Part shown: positions 1-7,692 of the stretch, one piece after another
Layout: each line of letters starts with the position of its first letter
Position numbering within the stretch: the first letter of the stretch is position 1
Assembly: GCA_009922615.1 (NCBI GenBank)
Contig: RFVF01000007.1
Location: forward strand, 30,006-94,005
Origin: Pseudomonadota bacterium
Lineage (GTDB): Bacteria > Verrucomicrobiota > Verrucomicrobiia > Limisphaerales > SXTU01
Direction of reading: 5' to 3'
DNA: 64,000 nt
The notes under the pieces: generated by a model
The model's input: the letters and a program-made list of their open reading frames with translations, nothing else
Databases searched by the model: none
What the model was told of the DNA's origin: nothing
Translations under genes and position numbers: made by a program

Positions 1-285
1 GATGGTCAACATGCTGAAGCCGAACATCGAATTGGCGCGCACGGTCTTTACGCCAGCGAGTCCTTGCAGCCCGACGGAGAGCGGATACGTGACCTGATCC
101 TCGACCTCCTGCGGCGAGCGCCCTTCCCAGTCGGCGAATACTATGACCTGATTCTCCGAGAGATCAGGGATCGCATCCACCGGCGTGCGGAAGAGCGCCC
201 GCGTGCCGAACGCGATGAGGAAGAACACGCCGCACACCACCAGGAAGCGGTTCCGCAAGGACCATTCGATGAGGCGGTTAATCAT
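1..285 (-). CDS. CusA/CzcA-family heavy-metal RND efflux permease, N-terminal part (runs off window)
   Basis: Not in ORF track. Manual translation from ATG at 285: [17 protein letters not shown]...[57 protein letters not shown], a typical CusA N-terminus; lies downstream of adaptor and TolC genes. Confidence 0.92.
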   Translation of the reverse strand, partial: MINRLIEWSLRNRFLVVCGVFFLIAFGTRALFRTPVDAIPDLSENQVIVFADWEGRSPQEVEDQVTYPLSVGLQGLAGVKTVRANSMFGFSMLTI

Positions 286-318
286 GAGTGATTTCCTCGG
301 GCCGTGCGGCGGTGCTGA

Positions 319-639
319 TTATTTCTTCGGCGCAAGCTTTACGAGATATTTGGCCGGCTCCTTCTTGAAGTCCGGCAGGCAGTTCTTGCAGCAGAACTTC
401 ACTTCCTGTCCCTCGTGGACATAGACGACGGGCGCACCCATCGAGCCGAGCTTCTCGCCGGAGACAATGCACACGTCGAGCGGATAAGGCTTGGCAGCCG
501 TCTTCGCGTCGGTGCCAGATTTCGGGACTTCGGTCTGTGGTGTGTCCTTCGATGTGGGCGTGGCTGGTTCTTTCTTGTCGCAGCCGATGAAGACAGCGGC
601 GGCGAGCGTGGTAACTAGGATTGCGGATGTGGCTTTCAT
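319..639 (-). CDS. Small lipoprotein with YHS/TRASH-like metal-binding domain
   Basis: Lipobox-like VFIGC followed by YPLDVCIVSGEKLGSMG...KFCCKNC; start overlaps the adaptor stop (ATGA). Confidence 0.8.
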   Translation of the reverse strand: MKATSAILVTTLAAAVFIGCDKKEPATPTSKDTPQTEVPKSGTDAKTAAKPYPLDVCIVSGEKLGSMGAPVVYVHEGQEVKFCCKNCLPDFKKEPAKYLVKLAPKK

Positions 640-2180
640 TGTTTCTGTGGGTTTTGGGTTTGTGGCGCGGCGCTCTTCGTGAGTGCCGAAAGTTTCTCAA
701 TGTATTTTGCCGGATCAGCCCGGAATTTTGGCGGGCATGCCCCGCAGCAAAACTTTAACTGCTGGCCTTCATGAATCAGCACGGGCGGTTCGCCCATCGT
801 GCCGAGTTTCAATCCAGTCACGAGGCACACCTCAAGCGGGTAAGGCTTGACGTTGGCGGGGAGCGCCTGCGGCGGCGGCGCTGCCCCCGTTGCGGCAGGT
901 GAGGCCGCTGCGGGCGCAGCGTTGGCCTGGGAGTTGAGCTGTGCTTGGCCGTCGATGAGCAGGTTCCCCGCAGTCACCACGCGCTCGCCCGCCTTCACGC
1001 CATCTAAGACTTCCCAATCTGTATCCCCGGCCCGACCGAGTTTAACGCGCCGTTGCTCATAGGCTCCGCCGACTTCTACATAGACTACGGCTCGATCACC
1101 GGTGTGCAGCACGGCGGAGCGGGGCAGAGTTAGAACCTCGGGCGTGTCGAGCTTCACGATGGCTTCGGCATAAGTTCTGTGAAGCAACTCGCGGCGGGAC
1201 TTGCCTTGCACGGTGAGCAAGGGGTTTTGCAACTCCACCCTTACCTTGGCGCTGCGGGTCATGTCATTGAGGTTCGGGTCAATGAACGTGACGGTAGCAG
1301 TGAATTTCTTACCTGGCACGCTGGGCACGGTGATCTCCACTTCCTGCCCGACGCGCACCCAGGCGAAGTCCCGTTCATACAAGTCGAACTGGAACCACAT
1401 GGTGAAGAAGTCCGCGAGTTCGAACAACCGGTCGCCCTCCTTCACAAACTGCCCCTCGTAAACTTCCCGCGTAATGATGGTGCCGGTCATGGGCGCGAGA
1501 ATCTCACTGAGATGGTTGGTTTCGGATTTGAACGGCAGCTTCGCGATCTGGGCGGCGGTGAGGCCATAGCGTGACAGGCGTTGCTCGGCGGCGGCGAGGA
1601 GGCGCTTGTGCTCCGTCGTGAGGGCATAGCTGTGCGCCATCTGACTTTGGCGGAAGAGCAACGTATATTCGCGCTCGGCGTTCAGGAGCATCGGGCTGTA
1701 GAACGTCGCCAGCGGCTCGCCTTCCTTCACTTCCGCACCGATATAGTTCACGTGCAGCTTCTCGATGCGCCCCTCGACGTAGGCAGACAACCGGCGGTGC
1801 CGCGTGTCGTTATCGTCGATGATACCGGCGACCCGTAACGTGCGGACGAGCGGACGCGATCGCACCTCCGCCGTCTGCACCTGCACAACTTGAATCGCGT
1901 TGGAACTCAAGCTCACGGTGTCGGCGGCCACTGTAAACCCCTGCTGCCCCTCGTAAATCGGCACCAGCGTCATGCCACACACGGTGCATTTGCCGGGCTT
2001 GTCCGACTTGATCCACGGGTGCATGGGGCTTTGATAGTAAAGCACCTTGCGACCGGAAGAATCGGCTTTGGCCGCTGGCGGCTGATGGGATGCCCCGCCG
2101 TAGTGCTGGGCGGCGAACCAGCCACCGGCACCGGCCAGCACGGCGGTGGCCAGGAGGGCGAGGGGAAATTTGGCGTTCAT
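636..2180 (-). CDS. CusB-like RND periplasmic adaptor with N-terminal heavy-metal-binding motif and C-terminal YHS-like domain
   Basis: YQSPMHPWIKSDKPGKCTVCGMTL motif, membrane-fusion core (GRIEKLHVNYIG...YSPML, APMTG), C-terminal CLVTG...FCCGAC; ATG at 2180 preferred over 2207. Confidence 0.9.
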   Translation of the reverse strand: MNAKFPLALLATAVLAGAGGWFAAQHYGGASHQPPAAKADSSGRKVLYYQSPMHPWIKSDKPGKCTVCGMTLVPIYEGQQGFTVAADTVSLSSNAIQVVQVQTAEVRSRPLVRTLRVAGIIDDNDTRHRRLSAYVEGRIEKLHVNYIGAEVKEGEPLATFYSPMLLNAEREYTLLFRQSQMAHSYALTTEHKRLLAAAEQRLSRYGLTAAQIAKLPFKSETNHLSEILAPMTGTIITREVYEGQFVKEGDRLFELADFFTMWFQFDLYERDFAWVRVGQEVEITVPSVPGKKFTATVTFIDPNLNDMTRSAKVRVELQNPLLTVQGKSRRELLHRTYAEAIVKLDTPEVLTLPRSAVLHTGDRAVVYVEVGGAYEQRRVKLGRAGDTDWEVLDGVKAGERVVTAGNLLIDGQAQLNSQANAAPAAASPAATGAAPPPQALPANVKPYPLEVCLVTGLKLGTMGEPPVLIHEGQQLKFCCGACPPKFRADPAKYIEKLSALTKSAAPQTQNPQKQ

Positions 2181-2219
2181 ACCGGGGTTTTGTTTATTAG
2201 TAAACAATACGTGTGCGAT

Positions 2220-3581
2220 TTACTCGGATCGCGGTGGCGAAGGTTCGGCGTGATGGGGCGTGCCGTTGTGAAGCTGCTGCACCAGCCGGGGAAGCTGGAA
2301 ATAGTCCGGCAGATTGCACAGGGCGGCGAGTTCGGCGAAGGCTTGGTGTTGCTCGACAGTGGCGCGGTCCTGCATGAGCTGGGCTTCGAGGTAGTTGCGA
2401 CGCGCGTCGAGAATGTCCCGCAGCATTCCCCGGTTGGCCTCCCACATCACCATATAAGATGCCATCCCCTGCTGCGTGCGCTGGAGGATTTCATCACGGT
2501 AGAGGAGGGCTTCACGATGGGCGGCGTCGGTCATGAGGGTCAGGCGCAGAATTTCTTCACGGACATTGAGTTCGTAATCGGTGATTTCCGCGTCGGCGGT
2601 GCGGACTTTCGCCTCGTCGCGCCGTAGATCAGCGCGGTATTTCGGCGCGTTCCACCAAGGCAGAGTCAAGCTCACGGTGAACATGCCTTCGCGAAGGCCC
2701 GCATCGCCGCTGAACTGCCGCGCTTGCAGGCCAACGCTCACATCCGGCAGGCGCATGGTCTCAGTCAGCCGGGTGACGGCTTGGGCTTGGGATTTCTCCT
2801 GGCGCAGCACCTTGAGCCGGGGCTCGTTGGTCGCGGCGTAAGCGGCCAGGGCAGGCGAGTAAACCACTGGCAAGCCAAGCTCCGGCAATTCCACCGGTGG
2901 CCAGGGGGCTTGCAAATCCCGGCCCAACAACCGGTTCAGGGTCGCTTGTTCAGTGCGCAAGCGGTTTTGCTCGGTGCGCAACGCATCGGTTCGTTTGCTC
3001 TTTTCATTTTGAATCACCAGCAGTTCCGTGTGCGAACCAGTTCCGGCACGAAATTTCTCTTCGCCCAGCGCGATCATCGTGTCCAGCCAGGCGAGGTCAT
3101 TGGTGAGGAAGCTCGTCGTCCGATGCACCAAGGCGATCCGCAACAGTGCCTTGGTCACGTCACGTCGCAGTTGCGCGGCGCGGAAAGCGGCCTCGGAGAT
3201 CTGGGTTTGCGTCTCGGCCGCCATGATGTCGCGGCTCAGGCGCGGGCGGTCCCAAAGCGGCAGCTTTTGCTCGATCCCATAGATCAAATCTCCCTCGGCT
3301 TCCAAACCACCCCGACGCGGCCCGGCCACCACGCCACTGAAGCTGAACTTCGGGTCCTCCCATCGCCGCACCGTGGCGATCCCGAGATGACTGGCCGTCA
3401 CACGCTTCTCCGCGACCTGCAGGCCGGTATTGTTTGTCTGCGCCTCGGCAAACAGCGCCGAGAGCACCGGTGGCGAAATGGCAATGGCATTCGTTCGAGC
3501 GGCGAAAGACGCTGCCCCAAGCGGCGCGCAACCAAGCCATAACCCATTTACCACCAACACGATGTAACTGACTGAGTTCAT
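2220..3581 (-). CDS. TolC/CusC-family outer membrane efflux protein
   Basis: Two OEP-like helical repeats (EQKLPLW; VSLTLPWWN); operon context; start at 3581 (MNSVSY) is uncertain. Confidence 0.85.
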   Translation of the reverse strand: MNSVSYIVLVVNGLWLGCAPLGAASFAARTNAIAISPPVLSALFAEAQTNNTGLQVAEKRVTASHLGIATVRRWEDPKFSFSGVVAGPRRGGLEAEGDLIYGIEQKLPLWDRPRLSRDIMAAETQTQISEAAFRAAQLRRDVTKALLRIALVHRTTSFLTNDLAWLDTMIALGEEKFRAGTGSHTELLVIQNEKSKRTDALRTEQNRLRTEQATLNRLLGRDLQAPWPPVELPELGLPVVYSPALAAYAATNEPRLKVLRQEKSQAQAVTRLTETMRLPDVSVGLQARQFSGDAGLREGMFTVSLTLPWWNAPKYRADLRRDEAKVRTADAEITDYELNVREEILRLTLMTDAAHREALLYRDEILQRTQQGMASYMVMWEANRGMLRDILDARRNYLEAQLMQDRATVEQHQAFAELAALCNLPDYFQLPRLVQQLHNGTPHHAEPSPPRSE

Positions 3582-3669
3582 ACCAAATCTGCTGCTGACC
3601 AATCCAAACCGAGCGGGGAAACCACGCTTCAACCCGACGCGTGGACACACTACTCCTGCGGAGTGGGAA

Positions 3670-4005
3670 TCAGATGAGGTAACTGCAATTCCGTATGAAC
3701 AACGGAACGTCAGCGGGGGAGGGAACCGACGGAACGAACGAGGCGACCGAGTAGGGCTGCGGTTGGACCTGCAACACCGACGAGACCGTCTGGAGCGCAG
3801 CCAGCAATTGCACCCGGGAATTATCCTGTGCCGGAGCGGGGGCTTTGGGAGCCGGTGTGTTCCCCGCGACCTTCATGCAGCAGGCAGCCATGTCACAGTG
3901 GCAGGACGCCTGGTTTTTGCAGAGCTGCCGCACGGGAGACGCGAAGGCCGGCAGGTGCGAGAGCACCAAGGCGAGGCTGAACAAGATGGTTATGAAGGCC
4001 TTCAC
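3670..4005 (-). CDS. Cys-rich exported leader protein upstream of the metal efflux operon (DUF2946-like architecture)
   Basis: GTG start, signal peptide, C-x5-CHC-x4-CC cluster, Pro-rich linker, C-terminal PLFIRNCSYLI. Confidence 0.7.
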   Translation of the reverse strand: MKAFITILFSLALVLSHLPAFASPVRQLCKNQASCHCDMAACCMKVAGNTPAPKAPAPAQDNSRVQLLAALQTVSSVLQVQPQPYSVASFVPSVPSPADVPLFIRNCSYLI

Positions 4006-4091
4006 GCGTTGTCAGTGTAGAGCGTTCGACGCCCGAGTCAAAGAGAAGTTCAAGCATTGCCAAGGAAAAGTGCGAACCCGCCAAGTCCTGT

Positions 4092-4107
4092 TGTTCCACG
4101 TGGAACA
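4092..4107. promoter_or_regulatory. parS centromere-like site (perfect palindrome)
   Basis: TGTTCCACGTGGAACA matches the bacterial parS consensus TGTTNCACGTGNAACA; ~50 bp past the mnmG stop. Confidence 0.85.
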
Positions 4108-4157
4108 GCCCTCCGTGTCTGGCCACTTCCCCGTTTTCCGCCGGGCTCGGCCAGCGG

Positions 4158-6185
4158 CTACAGGTCCCCGCAGCAACCCGCGTGGCCCGGCACACTGTCC
4201 TGATGCTCGGCGGCACCGCAGGCCACCGACTCCTCTTGCGGGGCGCGCTTCATTGCGATCATCACCACACTGATGTCAGCCGGGCTCACCCCGGAGATGC
4301 GGCTGGCCTGCCCGAGCGTGGCAGGACGCACCTGGGTGAGTTTTTGCCGCGCCTCGGGCCGGAGGTTGCGGAGCGACGCGTAGTCCAGCCAGTCCGGGAT
4401 GCGCTTGTCCTCCATCGTGCGGAAGCGCTCCACCTCCGCCTCCTGCCGCTGGATGTAGCCGTCGTATTTCAACGCTATCTCCACCTGCTCGACCACATCT
4501 TGGGTAAGCCTCTCATCCCGGTGCGGCAAGTCTCCATAGCCCACCTCCGGTCGGCGCAGCATCCTCGCCAGCGAATCCGATCCCACATGCGTCTTCGCCA
4601 GCCGGTCCAGCTCGGTCGCGATCGCGTCCCGCTTGGCCGCAACCTTCCGCCACAGTCGCTCTGGCAGCAGCCCCACCTCGTGCCCGATCTCCGACAGTCG
4701 CAAGTCCGCGTTGTCCTGACGCAGCAGCAGCCGATACTCCGCCCGGCTCGTGAACATCCGATACGGCTCCACTGTGCCCTTCGTCACTAAATCGTCGATC
4801 AACACCCCGATATACGCTTGGTCCCGGCGCAACACCACGGGCTCGCGCCCTTGCACCCGGCGCACCGCATTGATCCCTGCCATGAGACCCTGCGCCCCCG
4901 CTTCCTCGTAGCCGGACGTCCCGTTGATTTGCCCGGCCAGAAACAGGTTGCGACACACCTTCGTCTCCAAGCTCGGGTGCAACTGCGTGGGGAACGCGAA
5001 GTCATACTCCACCGCATACGCCGGCCGCATGATCTCGGCCTGCTCGCACCCGATGATGCTCCGCACCATCTCGTATTGCACCTCGAACGGCAGGCACGTG
5101 GAGAACCCATTCACGTAGATCTCATCCGTCGCGATGCCTTCCGGCTCCAGGAAGATCTGCTGCCGTTCCTTCTCGGGGAACTTCACGATCTTATCCTCGA
5201 TGCTCGGGCAATACCTCGGCCCGACGCCCTCGATCACCCCGCTATACATCGGCGACTTGTGGAGGTTGGCCCGGATGATCTCCGCGGTCCGCTGCGTCGT
5301 CCAAGTAATATGGCAAGGCAACTGCCCGCCCGCCTGCGCCAAGATGGAGCCGGGAGGGTAGGGACCGAGGGCACGGGGTTTCGTCCGCTCGTCACGGGTT
5401 TGTTCCACGTGGAACTTGTGCCCCGGTTCCCTGCCCTCCCTATTCCCTATTCCCAATTCCCTATTCCCTTCGTCAAACAGCTCCTCCTTCCAATACGTGA
5501 ACCACGGCACCGGCTCATCCCCCGGCTGGACCTCCAGCTTCGTGAAATCAATGGAACCCCTCACCAGCCGCGGCGGCGTCCCCGTCTTCAAACGCCCCAG
5601 CTCCAGCCCAATTTCCTTCAGCGAGCCCGACAGACCCATCGCCGCCGCCTCGCCCGCTCTCCCCCCGGACTGCTGATTCGCCCCCACGTGCATCAGACCC
5701 CGCAGGAACGTCCCCGTGGTGATCACCACCGTCTTCCCGAGGTATTGCACCTCCAACGTCGTCTCCACCCCCGTCACCTCGCCGTCTCGGTGCAGCAACT
5801 TCACCGTCTGCCCCTGTTTACAATCCAGATTCCCCTGCCGCTCGCACAACCACTTGAGCCTGAACTGGTAAGCCTTCTTGTCACACTGCGCCCGGGGCGC
5901 GCGCACGCTCGCTCCCTTACCCGCGTTGAGCATGCGGAATTGCAGCCCGGTCATATCCGTCGCCCGGCCCATCTCCCCGCCGAGCGCATCGATCTCCCGC
6001 GCCAGGTGCCCCTTCGCCAAGCCCCCGATCGCCGGGTTGCAGGACATCTGCCCGATCGTGTCGAGATTGATCGTGAGCAGCAGCGTCTGTGCGCCCATGC
6101 GCGCCGCCGCCAGCGCGGCCTCCACGCCGGCATGCCCGGCGCCCACCACGATCACGTCATATTGCTTGGGATAAACGAACGGCAC
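4158..6185 (-). CDS. mnmG: tRNA uridine-5-carboxymethylaminomethyl(34) synthesis enzyme MnmG (GidA)
   Basis: VGAGHAGVEAA, MSCNPAIGG, LKTGTPPR, GPRYCPSIEDK, AGQINGTSGYEEA, PYRMFTSRAEYRL motifs. Confidence 0.98.
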   Translation of the reverse strand: MPFVYPKQYDVIVVGAGHAGVEAALAAARMGAQTLLLTINLDTIGQMSCNPAIGGLAKGHLAREIDALGGEMGRATDMTGLQFRMLNAGKGASVRAPRAQCDKKAYQFRLKWLCERQGNLDCKQGQTVKLLHRDGEVTGVETTLEVQYLGKTVVITTGTFLRGLMHVGANQQSGGRAGEAAAMGLSGSLKEIGLELGRLKTGTPPRLVRGSIDFTKLEVQPGDEPVPWFTYWKEELFDEGNRELGIGNREGREPGHKFHVEQTRDERTKPRALGPYPPGSILAQAGGQLPCHITWTTQRTAEIIRANLHKSPMYSGVIEGVGPRYCPSIEDKIVKFPEKERQQIFLEPEGIATDEIYVNGFSTCLPFEVQYEMVRSIIGCEQAEIMRPAYAVEYDFAFPTQLHPSLETKVCRNLFLAGQINGTSGYEEAGAQGLMAGINAVRRVQGREPVVLRRDQAYIGVLIDDLVTKGTVEPYRMFTSRAEYRLLLRQDNADLRLSEIGHEVGLLPERLWRKVAAKRDAIATELDRLAKTHVGSDSLARMLRRPEVGYGDLPHRDERLTQDVVEQVEIALKYDGYIQRQEAEVERFRTMEDKRIPDWLDYASLRNLRPEARQKLTQVRPATLGQASRISGVSPADISVVMIAMKRAPQEESVACGAAEHQDSVPGHAGCCGDL
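5401..5416. promoter_or_regulatory. Second parS site, inside the mnmG coding sequence
   Basis: TGTTCCACGTGGAACT, 15/16 identical to the site at 4092; read as FHVEQ in MnmG. Confidence 0.75.
5437..5470. repeat. Heptamer tandem repeat (TCCCTAT/TCCCAAT, ~4.5 copies) within mnmG
   Basis: TCCCTAT TCCCTAT TCCCAAT TCCCTAT TCCCTT; translates as GNRELGIGNRE. Confidence 0.9.
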
Positions 6186-6224
6186 AACGCGGGCAGTCTA
6201 GCCACAAAGCATCGCAAAAAGGCA

Positions 6225-6265
6225 TAAAAAAATCGCTTGACGTTTCTCACCCTCCTCCTTTCAAT
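6225..6265 (+). promoter_or_regulatory. Putative sigma70-type promoter divergent from mnmG
   Basis: A-tract, then TTGACG (6237-6242), 17-nt spacer, TTCAAT (6260-6265). Confidence 0.4.
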
Positions 6266-6645
6266 CGCCCCCGAGACCAATCACCTTGAACGACGCAGCC
6301 ACCGCTGCGTGGAGGGATGTGTCCATGACGGTAGGACGTGGGATAATTCAGCGCAACTGCCGAGTCGGCGAGGCACTCGCACGCCCACATGCTTCGCCCC
6401 AGCCGGGCAAACACCCATCACCATTACTTTATCGGGAACGCCTTGGATTTAACCTCTCGGGAAGCCCTAACGAGCCGAATCACTGCCCCTTTCACCCCAA
6501 TCAACGCCTCGTTGATCGGCCAGAAACCGGCTGCCCTGAGCCGAAACACCCCATCGACCCACCGGAAACAGCCGGCGAGGTCTCCGATACCAGCTACGGG
6601 AAGCCTCGGAGTATACCCGAGCGACTAGAACGATCTCGCCGCTCT

Positions 6646-7135
6646 CCCTCACCCCAACCCTCTCCCGCGGGGAGAGAATCCACGATCCCCAAACTCCCGC
6701 GATTTCAGCCTTTGAACCCGGGCGGAGCGCCGAGCATTGCTCGGCTTTGGGGCGTTCGCCCGCTCCGGCCGAGCAATGCTCGGCGCTCCGGTTCATGGAG
6801 TGGGAGCGAGTCAGTCAGCGGGTCCCACGATCCGACGCGATGGGTTTCAGCCCAGCGCGGGCGGCGTGACTCCCTGCCGATGAACCTGACGCGCGCCCAC
6901 CCCTCACCCGCCCTGCGGGCACCCTCTCCCCTCCTCCGAAGAGGGGAGAGCATCCACGAGCCGCCAAGTCCCGCGCTTTCGTCCCCTGAACCAGTGGCGG
7001 CTGTAGCGGCGCTCTGCGAGCGCCGAGTTGCGGCCGCCTCCGCGCGAAGGACGCCACGGTCGGCGGTCACAGACCGCCGCTACAGGTCCAGGGGTATGGC
7101 CGGGGTGAGGGGTGCGCTCCGCGACGGTTCAGGAG
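6646..7135. mobile_element. Cluster of nested REP-like palindromes and MITE-like TGAACC...GGTTCA units
   Basis: CCCTCACC..CCCTCTCCC..GGGAGAG hairpins at 6646 and 6901; perfect 23-bp inverted repeat 6723-6745/6768-6790; CTGTAGCGGCG/CGCCGCTACAG inverted repeat 7001-7085; 50-bp direct repeat 6669-6718 vs 6943-6992 (40/50 identical). Confidence 0.75.
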
Positions 7136-7266
7136 CCGCCATCGCGGCCGTTGGCGAGCGATTCGCTCGCTCTCAGCGAGCACGGGTTGGGGAGTTGGAG
7201 CAAGCCTACCTTCTCATAACCTCTTCCTTACCAACATATTGCCATACGCGTTCGTTAAACTGCCTC

Positions 7267-7470
7267 GTCGAGCACTCGGTTAGCCCCGTCGAGCTGAAGA
7301 AACACGGTGTCGATCCCTCAGAACGCTCTGTCGATCGGTCGGAACACCATGTCGAGCACCTCGACACCCCATCCCTTCACCTCGACGGACCGTTCCGAGC
7401 GCTCGACAGTGCATTCCTTCAGCTCGACCAACCACTTTTTCCGCTCGACGCACCGTTCCTTCACCTCGAG
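7267..7470. repeat. Inverted array of degenerate 21-bp repeats (GTCGAG-anchored)
   Basis: TCGA at 7268, 7289, 7310, 7331, 7352 (as GTCGA) and at 7361, 7382, 7403, 7424, 7445, 7466 (as CTCGA); centre GTCGAG-CAC-CTCGAC at 7351-7365. Confidence 0.9.
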
Positions 7471-7692
7471 GCTCGTTGCAGAGGGTCTTGGGCTCGCCCT
7501 TACCCACCGCCACGGGTGGGCGCGCCGTTTTGAGCCCGTCACCGAACCTCCGGGGCCTGCGATGGGCCGCCGGCGCGATGAGGGCACCCCGCGCCACCCC
7601 GTTCCGGCTCCACCTACCGCTTTTTCTTCGTTTCGAGTCTCCTTTAACGCTGTCGGTCAACACAAACAGTCAAAACAACCCAAAAAAACAGT

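Noticed and set aside
4092-4107. Verrucomicrobial LexA box
   Set aside because: That motif is TGTTC-N4-GAACA. Here the spacer is 6 nt with a CACGTG core, which matches parS.
6186-6640. oriC upstream of mnmG
   Set aside because: I found no clustered TTATCCACA-like DnaA boxes or AT-rich unwinding element.
7267-7470. CRISPR array
   Set aside because: Only a 5-6 bp anchor is conserved, the period is 21 bp, orientation flips midway, and no cas genes are present.
6286-7533. 415-aa ORF as a real protein
   Set aside because: It reads through REP hairpins and the 21-bp array (PSPQPSP, SAVTDRRY are repeat translations). There is no domain signal or host codon pattern.
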